Counted from the stretch's first letter, positions 1 to 7,806 are shown. The stretch: 24,000 nt of DNA from Clostridium sp. CAG:307_30_263 (GCA_001916215.1 MNRZ01000001.1:64541-88540), one strand, 5' to 3'. Translations and numbers: made by a program. The notes: generated by a model from the letters alone, not told the origin.

Positions 1-1
1 A

Positions 2-1747
2 ATTATCGATCAAGCAGGTGTAATTAAAAGAAAAAGAGTCGCAGCATATGCTCGTGTTTCAACAGAAAAGGATGAGCAGACCAACTCTTATGAGGCTCAA
101 GTCAATTATTATACGAACTATATTCAAGCAAATCCTGAGTGGGTATTTGTGGGCATTTATTCAGATGCTGGTATAACTGGAACAAGTACTAAAAAACGTG
201 AAGGATTTAAAAGAATGATAGATGATGCCATGAATGGCAAAATCGATTTAATTCTTACAAAGTCAGTTTCACGTTTTGCAAGAAACACCGTTGATTCACT
301 GGTTAATGTTCGAAAATTAAGAGAGAAGGGAGTAGAGGTTTACTTTGAAAAGGAAAATATCTATACCTTAGATACAAAAGGTGAGCTACTTCTTACAATT
401 TTATCAAGTTTAGCAGAAAGCGAATCTGTATCGATTTCACAAAATACCACTTGGGGGCAACGCAAAAGATTTGCAGATGGTAAGGTAAGCTTTGCATATT
501 CCAATTTCTTGGGATATGACATGGGGCAGGATGGCAAGCTTCATATTAATGAAGAACAGGCAAAAGTAGTTAAAAGAATTTACGAAGAATACCTTCTTGG
601 CTATACACCTTCATATATTGCAAAAAGATTGACTGCTGATAACATTCCTACTCCGCAGCGTAAGAAGGTTTGGTATCAGGGCGTAATTGACAGCATTCTT
701 ACAAATGAAAAATATATCGGTGACAGTATCCTTCAAAAGACTTTCTCAACAGATGTATTGACAAAGAAAAGAAAAAAGAACGAGGGTGAGCTGCCTCAGT
801 ACTATATTGAAAATAACCATCCAGCAATAATCACAGACGAGATATTCGAAATGGTTAAAGAGGAAATGGCTAGAAGAAAGTCTGCAGGTCTTATGACTAA
901 TGTATCCTGTTTTTCTGGTCGAATATTATGTGGTGACTGCGGCGGTTATTTTGGTAGGAAAGTATGGCATTCAAATCAGCCTAACAGAACAATAGTATGG
1001 CAATGTAATAAAAAGTTTAGCAATCCTGACGCTTGTGGAACTACATCAATAAAAGAAAAAGCGATTGAAGAGGCGTTTGTAAGAGCATTCAATGAAATGT
1101 TTTCTAGGAAAGATGAAATTATCGAAAACTATAAACTATGTATTGATGTAATTTGCGATGATTCAAAATTCCATGAAAGGAAAAATGAATTAGATAAAGC
1201 TTTGGAAGAAAAGACCATTGTCATTAAAGATTTCTTACTTAAGTGTTCTAAAACTGAAGAGAATATTGAAGAGTCAAATGCAAGATATGACGTGCTTATA
1301 AAAGAATTTGAAGCATTGAATGCAGAAAGACAAAAGTGTCTAGACATGATTTCATCTCTTGCAGCTAAGAGAGTAAAAATTAATAGCTTCTTAAATATTC
1401 TAAATAGTACAGAAGGAGTTATTAATTCATTCAACGAGGTGTTATTTCAAAAATCGGTTAACCATATGGTTATTAATCATGATTTAACAATTGATGTAAT
1501 ATGGCGTGATGAATCTAAAACAACAACTTATATAGAAAGAGGCGTTAAAGAAGTTAAGAAATCTGCCCCTAGAATAAAACCAGAAAAAGTCCTAAGTGAT
1601 CACATATGCTTGTGTTGTGGTAAGCAGCTATACATTACACCTGGTAAGGTTCAAAGAATATTCTGTAATAAGAAATGCGGTGAAACTTATAGAAGAGCAA
1701 AAGCAAAAGAAGCACGACTTGAAAACAATACGATTAGCCATGCATGA
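2..1747 (+). CDS. Large serine recombinase, 5' end off-window, with a C-terminal zinc-ribbon tail
   Basis: The reading frame of the 149..1747 ORF stays open back to nt 2. It reads IIDQAGVIKRKRVAAYARVSTEKDEQTNSYEAQ..., the catalytic-serine resolvase-domain signature (YARVST). This is followed by SRFARN, a recombinase domain, a Cys-rich zinc-beta-ribbon (CGDCGG...WQCNKK) and a long coiled-coil-like region. The extra tail is CLCCGKQL...RIFCNKKCGETYRR. Confidence 0.9.
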   Translation: MIDQAGVIKRKRVAAYARVSTEKDEQTNSYEAQVNYYTNYIQANPEWVFVGIYSDAGITGTSTKKREGFKRMIDDAMNGKIDLILTKSVSRFARNTVDSLVNVRKLREKGVEVYFEKENIYTLDTKGELLLTILSSLAESESVSISQNTTWGQRKRFADGKVSFAYSNFLGYDMGQDGKLHINEEQAKVVKRIYEEYLLGYTPSYIAKRLTADNIPTPQRKKVWYQGVIDSILTNEKYIGDSILQKTFSTDVLTKKRKKNEGELPQYYIENNHPAIITDEIFEMVKEEMARRKSAGLMTNVSCFSGRILCGDCGGYFGRKVWHSNQPNRTIVWQCNKKFSNPDACGTTSIKEKAIEEAFVRAFNEMFSRKDEIIENYKLCIDVICDDSKFHERKNELDKALEEKTIVIKDFLLKCSKTEENIEESNARYDVLIKEFEALNAERQKCLDMISSLAAKRVKINSFLNILNSTEGVINSFNEVLFQKSVNHMVINHDLTIDVIWRDESKTTTYIERGVKEVKKSAPRIKPEKVLSDHICLCCGKQLYITPGKVQRIFCNKKCGETYRRAKAKEARLENNTISHA

Positions 1748-1769
1748 GAAAATTAAGACATTAAAGATT

Positions 1770-1796
1770 AGAGTCATTAATTTGGCTCTTTTTTTG
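1770..1796 (+). terminator. Putative rho-independent terminator after the recombinase gene
   Basis: AGAGTC (1770-1775) pairs with GGCTCT (1784-1789), including one G-U pair. The loop is 8 nt and a T7 run follows. Confidence 0.5.
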
Positions 1797-1802
1797 TTCG
1801 AA

Positions 1803-1849
1803 CTAGGGGTGCTAGTAAATTGCACGATTACAATCTAGGGTGCTAGTAA
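1803..1849. repeat. Two direct copies of CTAGG(G)GTGCTAGTAA, 32 bp apart
   Basis: CTAGGGGTGCTAGTAA at 1803-1818 and CTAGGGTGCTAGTAA at 1835-1849. A related GTGCTAAT occurs at 1888 and its inverse ATTAGCAC at 1914. Confidence 0.6.
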
Positions 1850-1887
1850 GTATTAACCTTTTAATCTATGGGCATTAAGAAACGATT

Positions 1888-1927
1888 GTGCTAATACGAG
1901 ATTTTATGCTCAAATTAGCACTTTTTT
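1888..1927 (+). terminator. Hairpin plus T-run (possible terminator or small-RNA 3' end)
   Basis: GTGCTAAT (1888-1895) pairs perfectly with ATTAGCAC (1914-1921). The loop is 18 nt and T6 follows. Confidence 0.45.
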
Positions 1928-1942
1928 GTTATTTTAGGGCAT

Positions 1943-1976
1943 TTTTACTAGGGTTCAAGTCCCGTTATTAGTAAAA
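1943..1976. repeat. Nested inverted repeat (8-bp outer stem around a GGG-TTCAAGT-CCC mini-hairpin)
   Basis: TTTTACTA (1943-1950) is the exact reverse complement of TAGTAAAA (1969-1976). The 18-nt interior contains GGGTTCAAGTCCC. Confidence 0.4.
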
Positions 1977-2231
1977 TTGCCTAGTTTTTTATTGCATTGT
2001 ATTGGATTGATTCAACTTCATAAAAAAGCTTTAGTGTATTTTCACACGATAGGTACATGATTGCTCACCTTTCGTGTTATTCGTGTAAATAACATATTTC
2101 TTTTATAAATAGGTTTATTTTTAATAGTTATTCCCCTTTTTTATTGGATGGATAAAAAAATAAAAAATTTTTGAAAAAAGGTGTTCAAAATGAAGATTTT
2201 TGTCCCTTATCTATTGAAGGAGGTAAGTTAT

Positions 2232-2483
2232 ATGGTTAAAGAAGAAGTTATTAAGATTAAAATTGAAGGAAAATCATACAGTGAGATTTCAAGAATTTTA
2301 GGAGTAAATGAGTCTACAGCTAAAACTATTTATAATAGATTTAAGAATAGCCATCCTGAATCATTTTGCCCTATGTGTTCAAAGTTCTTAATTCAAACTA
2401 AAGGGCATCGCCAGAAAAGATTCTGTTCTAGTAAATGTAAAGACCGTTATTGGAACTTAATGACAAACCAAAAGAATAAGTAA
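2232..2483 (+). CDS. Small HTH (sigma-70 region-4-like) protein with a C-terminal zinc ribbon
   Basis: AAGGAGG at 2217-2223 lies 8 nt before the ATG at 2232, so the ORF-track start at 2181 is probably too long. The HTH-like segment is SYSEISRILGVNESTAKTIYNRF. The tail CPMCSKFL...KRFCSSKCKDRYW matches the tail of the upstream recombinase. Confidence 0.6.
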   Translation: MVKEEVIKIKIEGKSYSEISRILGVNESTAKTIYNRFKNSHPESFCPMCSKFLIQTKGHRQKRFCSSKCKDRYWNLMTNQKNK

Positions 2484-2498
2484 AGAAACTTATGAGAG

Positions 2499-2528
2499 AC
2501 TAGCCAATATTTAAACTGGCTAGTTTTT
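2499..2528 (+). terminator. Terminator between two convergent genes
   Basis: ACTAGCCA (2499-2506) pairs perfectly with TGGCTAGT (2517-2524). The loop is 10 nt and a T-run follows. Confidence 0.6.
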
Positions 2529-3121
2529 CATTTTTTATGTTCTCTAACCAATCTAAAGAACGTACCTCTAGATACTCCTATAAGTGATGCTGCTTCAGTA
2601 TTTGTTATTTCATGATTTATATATCTATCTAATATATCATTGGTGTTAGGTGGCGTGACTACTTTTGGTCTACCAAACTTAACACCTTTTTCTTTTGCGA
2701 TTCTGATTCCTTCCATTTGTCTTTGCTTAATATTTGTTCTTTCGTTTTCAGCTACAAATGATAATACTTGAAGAACGATATCACTTATGAACTTACCAAC
2801 CAAGTTTTTACCTTCAATTCTTGTATCAAGTAAAGGCATATCAAGTACCTTAATATCGGCACCTATTGTTTTTGTAATATGAGCCCATTCCTCAAGTATC
2901 ATATGATAATTTCTACCTAGACGATCAATTGATTTAATAATTAGTAGGTCGTCCTTTTTTAATTTCTTAATTAATTTTTTGTAATTAGTCCTATCAAAAT
3001 CTTTACCTGATTCTTTATCTACATAGATAAATTTGTCTTCTACTCCAAATTCTTTAATTTCTACATACTGCCTATCGATATTTTGTTGTTTTGTTGAAAC
3101 TCTAATATAAGCATAAATCAA
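2528..3121 (-). CDS. Small serine recombinase (resolvase/invertase, Hin/Pin/Tn3-resolvase type) with C-terminal HTH
   Basis: The N-terminus (M)IYAYIRVSTKQQNIDRQ carries the catalytic Ser, followed by SIDRLGRN. The C-terminal HTH is TNTEAASLIGVSRGTFFRLV. GGAGG (reverse complement of 3130-3134) lies 8 nt before the TTG at 3121. The GTG at 3130 in the track overlaps this RBS. Confidence 0.9.
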   Translation of the reverse strand: MIYAYIRVSTKQQNIDRQYVEIKEFGVEDKFIYVDKESGKDFDRTNYKKLIKKLKKDDLLIIKSIDRLGRNYHMILEEWAHITKTIGADIKVLDMPLLDTRIEGKNLVGKFISDIVLQVLSFVAENERTNIKQRQMEGIRIAKEKGVKFGRPKVVTPPNTNDILDRYINHEITNTEAASLIGVSRGTFFRLVREHKK

Positions 3122-3159
3122 CTTAATCACCTCCGTATTATATACATCTATAAAACGGA

Positions 3160-3360
3160 AAATTTATCAAGTGATAAGCAATAAAAAAAGAGATATCAAA
3201 AGCAATATAAAAATGTATACCTTTTGATACCTCAGATTATTCCACTAATTTAACAAAATTATATCACATATTTTCTAAAAAATCTCTATTTTAGGTAAAT
3301 AAAACCTACTTTTTTCTATACTTTGATAAATTCCAATAATTTATACAATTTGATACTTCA
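3160..3360. promoter_or_regulatory. Putative res-like recombinase binding region and divergent promoter region
   Basis: At least 7 TGATA/TATCA cores lie in 200 bp, against roughly 1 expected by my composition estimate. They include the palindrome TTATCA-AG-TGATAA (3164-3177). They also include the inverted pair GATATCAAAAG (3192-3202) and CTTTTGATACC (3221-3231), and TTTGATAAA (3322) and TTTGATACT (3349). The region sits directly upstream of the recombinase gene, the usual place for res sites. Confidence 0.4.
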
Positions 3361-3388
3361 AGACCTCACTAATCAAAAATGGAGGTCT
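3361..3388 (+). promoter_or_regulatory. Palindrome covering the RBS of the HTH gene (candidate C-box or operator, or RBS-sequestering hairpin)
   Basis: AGACCTC (3361-3367) is the exact reverse complement of GAGGTCT (3382-3388). The 3' arm contains the GGAGG RBS at 3381-3385. Confidence 0.35.
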
Positions 3389-3391
3389 CAT

Positions 3392-3596
3392 ATGATTGAT
3401 TATCAAAAAGCAGTAAAAGACTTAAGAGATAAGTTAATTATTACTCAAGTAGAATTTGCAAAAAAGCTTGGTGTTTTCTTTTACTTCAATCAATAGATGG
3501 GAAAACGGTCTTAATAGACCAACTACAACAGCTCGTAAGCAAATAGTAGAGCTATGTAAAGAAAACAATATCGAATTGAAAGAGGTAAATGAATAA
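3392..3596 (+). pseudogene. XRE-family HTH, controller (C)-protein-like, disrupted by a +1 frameshift
   Basis: Frame 1 reads MIDYQKAVKDLRDKLIITQVEFAKKLGVFFYFNQ*. Shifting one base near 3475-3480 gives the canonical ...LGVSFTSINRWENGLNRPTTTARKQIVELCKENNIELKEVNE*. The total length of 205 nt is 68 codons plus 1 nt. The stop overlaps the methylase ATG (TAATG). Confidence 0.7.
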
Positions 3597-5455
3597 TGCG
3601 ATATTTAGGGAATAAAGAATCAATTGTAAATGAAATAGTAGATTTAATAGATAGAAAGGGGCTTCTAAATAATCGATATTCTTTCTTTGATGCATTTTGC
3701 GGAACAGGAACTGTCTCAGATGCAGTTAAAAATTATTTTAATATTATATTAAACGATAATTTATTATTAGCTACTACATTTTCAAAAGGTAGAATTATAA
3801 GTCAATTATGTAATTTTGAAAATTTAGACTTTAATCCATTTGAATACTTTAATAACAATAGCGAAACTAGAATAGGATTTTTTTCACAAAATTATGCTCC
3901 GCAATTGTCGGGTAGAATGTATTTTAGTGACTATAATGCTGGAAGAATCGATTATTTTAGAGAACAAATTGAAGAATGGAAAAACAAAAATTTGATATCT
4001 GATGATGAATATTCCTACTTATTAGGTTGTCTATTAGAATCAGTCTCTAAAGTTGCCAACATAGCTGGTGTTTATGGTGCCTATTTAAAAACTTGGGACC
4101 CTAGAGCAATAAAAGAAATTAAATTTTTAAAAATAGAAACTACTAATAGTGACAATGAACCAATTGTTTTAAAAACATATAATAATAATTTAAACGAAAT
4201 AATTAGTGATGTTGATTGTGATATTTTGTATCTTGACCCTCCATATACGAAAAATAAATATTCAGTACAATATCATTTATTGGAGACATTAATAAAAAAT
4301 GATAATCCACAAATAGTTGGGATAACTGGAGGAAGACATTTTGATGGCGTGTCAGACAATTGGTCAAAAAAGTATCATGTTGAAGTCGAATTTGAAAAAG
4401 TCATTAAAAACACAAAAGCAAAACATATATTAATGAGTTATAGTTCTGATGGAATTATGTCAAAGGAATATATTTCAAATGTTTTAAAAAGATACGGCAA
4501 GGTAGAAACGTTTGAGCAAATAGAAATAAATTATAAAAAATACCGAAATTATAAAACAACCTCAACCGATGAACATTATGAATACATCTTTTATGTTGAA
4601 AAAAAACCAAAAAATGAGGTTGAATACTATTGTCCATTAAATTATATGGGTGGTAAAACAAATGTTGTTAATTATATAAAGCCAGAATTAAATACAAAGC
4701 ATACTTTGATTGATCTAATGGCTGGAGGATTCAATGTTGGAATTAATGGTTATGGCTTTAATTCGTATATCTATAATGATGTTAATTTTCTTGTTAAAAA
4801 TCTAGTTGAGATGTTTAAAAAAGTAGATACCGTAATCTTATTAAAAAAAATAGATGATATAATAAAAAAATACGAATTAACTAAACATGGAAAGGAAAAA
4901 TATATTAATTATAGAAATGAGTATAACAAAACACTTCAATACAAAGAAGACAAATTAATTTATTTGTATACATTAATATTATATGGATTTCAACAACAGA
5001 TTAGGTTTAATTCAAAATATGAATTCAATAACCCTATAGGTGAAAGTGGATATAACGAAAGCATAAAAGAAAAAATAGTTACATTTTCCTCAAGATTAAA
5101 AGAATTAAATGTGTCATTTCAATCAAAAGATTTTTCAGAATATATCGATATTATTGATGAAAATTGTCTTGTTTATATAGACCCACCATATCTAATTACT
5201 TTAGGAAGTTACAATGATGGAAAGAGGGGATTCAATGGTTGGGGAAATAATGAGGAAAAGAGATTGATATCTTTTCTAGATTCAATAAAAAACAAATGTT
5301 GCAAGATATTAATTTCAAATATTTTGGATTATAAAGGAAAGGGAAATGTTTATTTAAAGAATTGGATTATTTCTAATTGCGCAAATGTAAAAGAAATTAC
5401 TATCAGGGGTAGAAAGGAGGTTCTAATAACTTATGAAGCCAAAATTCAAAATTAA
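3596..5455 (+). CDS. Twin-domain N6-adenine DNA methyltransferase (two fused Dam/D12-class modules, FokI/LlaI-type)
   Basis: Module 1 has MRYLGNK, FDAFCGTGTVS (FxGxG) and DPPYTKNKY. Module 2 has PLNYMGGK, DLMAGGFNVG and DPPYLIT. Two complete motif sets in a 619-aa protein are typical of methylases for asymmetric (type IIS) sites. Confidence 0.9.
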   Translation: MRYLGNKESIVNEIVDLIDRKGLLNNRYSFFDAFCGTGTVSDAVKNYFNIILNDNLLLATTFSKGRIISQLCNFENLDFNPFEYFNNNSETRIGFFSQNYAPQLSGRMYFSDYNAGRIDYFREQIEEWKNKNLISDDEYSYLLGCLLESVSKVANIAGVYGAYLKTWDPRAIKEIKFLKIETTNSDNEPIVLKTYNNNLNEIISDVDCDILYLDPPYTKNKYSVQYHLLETLIKNDNPQIVGITGGRHFDGVSDNWSKKYHVEVEFEKVIKNTKAKHILMSYSSDGIMSKEYISNVLKRYGKVETFEQIEINYKKYRNYKTTSTDEHYEYIFYVEKKPKNEVEYYCPLNYMGGKTNVVNYIKPELNTKHTLIDLMAGGFNVGINGYGFNSYIYNDVNFLVKNLVEMFKKVDTVILLKKIDDIIKKYELTKHGKEKYINYRNEYNKTLQYKEDKLIYLYTLILYGFQQQIRFNSKYEFNNPIGESGYNESIKEKIVTFSSRLKELNVSFQSKDFSEYIDIIDENCLVYIDPPYLITLGSYNDGKRGFNGWGNNEEKRLISFLDSIKNKCCKILISNILDYKGKGNVYLKNWIISNCANVKEITIRGRKEVLITYEAKIQN

Positions 5456-6629
5456 GAGAATTGGTGCACAAAATGCATCGCCTTGCTATGATACTTTTTT
5501 AACAGCAAACATATTAAATGACATATCAAAAAGACTTTTAAATACGATCAATTATGATGTCGAATGGATTGAGGAAAGAAATAAAGGCCGTTTAATATTA
5601 TTAGAAACCTCTAATGAAATACACTATATTAACTTATCTCAAACTGGAGATGTTAGAGGAAGAAATTATCAGGTTCAAAGTATTCCTACTGCATTGTCTA
5701 TTTATTTATCTGAATCAAAATATCAAAAGAAGAAAACCTCATTTTGGTTCTATTTTTTGCCATTTAATGGAAATAATGAAACTAATTATATGTTATTCTT
5801 TTATAGAGTAATGAAAACCATAGGGATAAAATTCGCCAATCCTGATTTTGGATTAGAACATACAGTATTAAAAGAATATAGTACTGTCAAAGATATGATT
5901 CAATCTCGTAACACATTAAGAGAAGCAAATTCTGGAAATAAATCCACATATATTACTGATGAAGGTGACTATTATCATATTTATGGTAAAACATTCGGAG
6001 CGAATCAAAAAGAAACAACTTTATTGTGTTTTGCAATATCTGCAATAACAGATAAACCAGTAAAACTTTTCCAAATACTTGACAATGATTCGACAGCAAT
6101 AAGCGAACAAGATAAAGAAGCAATATCTAATTATTCCTCTCTATATGATAATTATGATATTGATGTTTTAGATGATTCATATCAGTTTGATGGAGATGAT
6201 AGCGATACAGTTAAAGATAACTTGCGTAGCCCACAATTTATTTACAACTTATTATCAAAATTTGATGGCGAAAAGAAATGTGCTTTATGTGGATGTAAGA
6301 TAGAACGGATTATTCAAGCTGCACATATATATCCCGTTGCAGATATAAGAAAAAGACATGACTTAGATTTTTCAGCAAAATTTAAATTGGCTGTTGATGG
6401 TGATAATGGTATATGGCTATGTGAGAATCATCATAAATTATTTGATAGTGGTTTAATATGGTTTGAAGAAGGAAAATTGTGTATTTCAAAGAAATTGAAT
6501 AGTGATGATTTACTTTTCGTTAAACAAGTCACTACAATTGAGAAAATAGAACCTAGATTTATAAATGAAAGGATGTTAGCATTTTTTGATAGTAGGGCTG
6601 GCATACCTCCTAGAGTCGTTCTTGCTTAA
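5433..6629 (+). CDS. HNH-family restriction endonuclease candidate (uncharacterised N-terminal domain, acidic linker, C-terminal HNH)
   Basis: The C-terminus reads CALCGCK...AAHIYPV...NGIWLCENHHKLFDSG, an HNH/beta-beta-alpha-Me signature. The gene overlaps the methylase by 23 nt, and AGGAGG lies at 5415-5420. The acidic linker is DNYDIDVLDDSYQFDGDDSD. Confidence 0.8.
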   Translation: MKPKFKIKRIGAQNASPCYDTFLTANILNDISKRLLNTINYDVEWIEERNKGRLILLETSNEIHYINLSQTGDVRGRNYQVQSIPTALSIYLSESKYQKKKTSFWFYFLPFNGNNETNYMLFFYRVMKTIGIKFANPDFGLEHTVLKEYSTVKDMIQSRNTLREANSGNKSTYITDEGDYYHIYGKTFGANQKETTLLCFAISAITDKPVKLFQILDNDSTAISEQDKEAISNYSSLYDNYDIDVLDDSYQFDGDDSDTVKDNLRSPQFIYNLLSKFDGEKKCALCGCKIERIIQAAHIYPVADIRKRHDLDFSAKFKLAVDGDNGIWLCENHHKLFDSGLIWFEEGKLCISKKLNSDDLLFVKQVTTIEKIEPRFINERMLAFFDSRAGIPPRVVLA

Positions 6630-6643
6630 TTGATAATTACTAA

Positions 6644-6676
6644 AGCAACTTGTCTTATTTGGCAGGTGGCTTTTTA
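6644..6676 (+). terminator. Putative terminator of the R-M operon
   Basis: AGCAACTTGTC pairs with GGCAGGTGGCT (one mismatch, two G-U pairs). The loop is 6 nt and T5 follows. Confidence 0.45.
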
Positions 6677-6811
6677 TGTGTAAATAAAAAACTGTCCAAA
6701 TTTTACTCTAAACAGTTATCATTCATACGTAATGAACTCATTTGAAACCTGTTGCAAACAAATGAATCTACCCATTGAAAAATGAAACCGTATTACTATA
6801 CTTGTCCTTAT

Positions 6812-6979
6812 ACATCATGAAACAACAGGATTGATACCAAAAATATCAGTCCTTTTTTCATTATATAGGGCTATTTCGCTTATTTTAGGCATAAATTGCT
6901 TAATTTTTGGTGAAGTAGCCCTTTTTTCTTTGCCTGTTTAGAAGAAGGCAATTTATCAAAAGCACGAATATACCTTAAT
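6812..6979 (+). repeat. Direct repeat copy 1 (about 168 bp), upstream flank of the GC-richer cassette
   Basis: It aligns by eye with 9535-9719 at roughly 90 percent identity. It contains the hairpin GGATTGATA-CCAAAAA-TATCAGTCC followed by T6. It also contains GGGCTA...TAGCCC followed by a T-run, and AATTTATCAAAAGCA at 6950-6964. Confidence 0.85.
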
Positions 6980-7095
6980 CTCTGTTGATAGGCCTCTAGG
7001 GAAAGATGTTTAAGGCCTTTTTGTGGGTATATGGAAGTTGGCCACCAAATTTTTGATGTTTTCTAAACTTTCCCTGAACATTAATGGCAAAACGG

Positions 7096-7124
7096 TAGAC
7101 AAAACTAGTACTATATAGTACAAT
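7096..7124 (+). promoter_or_regulatory. Sigma-A-type promoter with an embedded perfect palindrome (candidate MarR operator)
   Basis: TAGACA (7096-7101), a 17-nt spacer, then TACAAT (7119-7124). The perfect 14-bp palindrome GTACTATATAGTAC (7108-7121) spans the spacer and the -10 element. Confidence 0.55.
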
Positions 7125-7140
7125 ATATCAGGGTGATTGA

Positions 7141-7806
7141 ATGACTATTTGCATTAAGGATAAGATTAAGAACATCAACGCGGTTATCGGCTGCAACATC
7201 GGCTGCAGGTACTGCTACGCCAAAACGGTGGCAAATAGATTCCACCTGACAGACGATTTCTCTAAGCCAATCGCGGATTTGCATAAATTGGAAAGACTAA
7301 AAAAGCCTGGAGTATATTTTCTGACGGGAATGTCCGATTTGTACCTATGGAAAAAGGAGTGGCTTGATAAGTCATTCGAATTATTGAGTGAATCTCCGAA
7401 AACGGTGGGGGTATATTTGACGAAAGCCCCAAATAAAATAAAGCTTGATGACGTTCCCGATAATGCTTGGATGGGGGTCACCATCACATCGAAATCGGAT
7501 TTATGGAGATTGAAAGCATTAAGGGAAAACATCAAATGCAGGAACTATCACGTCACGTTTGAGCCGCTATTCGAGGATCTGGGCGACATTGATTTATCTG
7601 GAATCAAATGGGTAGTCATCGGAACGGAGACCGGGAAATGCAAGGGCAAGATAGATGCCAAAAAGGAATGGGTCGATCATTTGGTGGCTGTCGCTAGAAA
7701 ATATGGCTGCAGGATTTTTTTCAAAGAAGAGCTCGTTCATAAAATCATGGGCGAAGAAAACGCTATTCAAGAACTCGCTTTAGAAATGGAGGAAGCATTA
7801 AAATGA
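7141..7806 (+). CDS. DUF5131 / phage Gp37-Gp68-like protein with a canonical radical-SAM CX3CX2C motif
   Basis: GCNIGCRYCYA, GMSDLY, LTKAP, NAWMGVT, FEPLF, WVVIGTETG and IFFKEE follow the order of the conserved blocks I recall for this family. This is a by-eye pattern match. Confidence 0.75.
   Translation: MTICIKDKIKNINAVIGCNIGCRYCYAKTVANRFHLTDDFSKPIADLHKLERLKKPGVYFLTGMSDLYLWKKEWLDKSFELLSESPKTVGVYLTKAPNKIKLDDVPDNAWMGVTITSKSDLWRLKALRENIKCRNYHVTFEPLFEDLGDIDLSGIKWVVIGTETGKCKGKIDAKKEWVDHLVAVARKYGCRIFFKEELVHKIMGEENAIQELALEMEEALK

Noticed and set aside
1129-1838. ORF-track entries 1129..1434 (-), 1596..1838 (+) and 1628..1825 (-)
   Set aside because: They lie antisense to, or out of frame within, the large serine recombinase gene and its 3' flank. 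They have low-complexity composition, no RBS and no recognisable motifs.
1929-1990. Possible tRNA or tmRNA 3' fragment, because GGGTTCAAGTCCC looks like a T-arm
   Set aside because: The T-stem would be only 3 bp. No acceptor stem, D-arm or anticodon arm can be folded from the flanking sequence.
1981-2058. 25-codon minus-strand ORF (MYLSCENTLKLFYEVESIQYNAIKN) with a GGTGA RBS
   Set aside because: It is too short, it is neither hydrophobic nor motif-bearing, and nothing but the RBS supports it. It would need ribosome profiling or conservation evidence.
2181-2231. Longer start for the HTH gene (2181); the same issue applies to the NifX-like gene at 9065
   Set aside because: The internal ATGs at 2232 and 9131 have better RBS context. 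The 9065 extension would lie entirely within the upstream radical SAM gene.
3192-3231. Invertible promoter switch controlling the R-M operon
   Set aside because: The inverted TATCAAAAG/CTTTTGATA pair is separated by only about 18 bp. That fits a single dimer-binding site, not an invertible segment. No distant inverted partner was found, and the long repeats are in direct orientation.
4455-5811. ORFs 4455..4661 (-) and 5614..5811 (+) inside the methylase and nuclease genes
   Set aside because: These are shadow ORFs in AT-rich coding DNA. The overlapping frames carry the real motif-bearing proteins.
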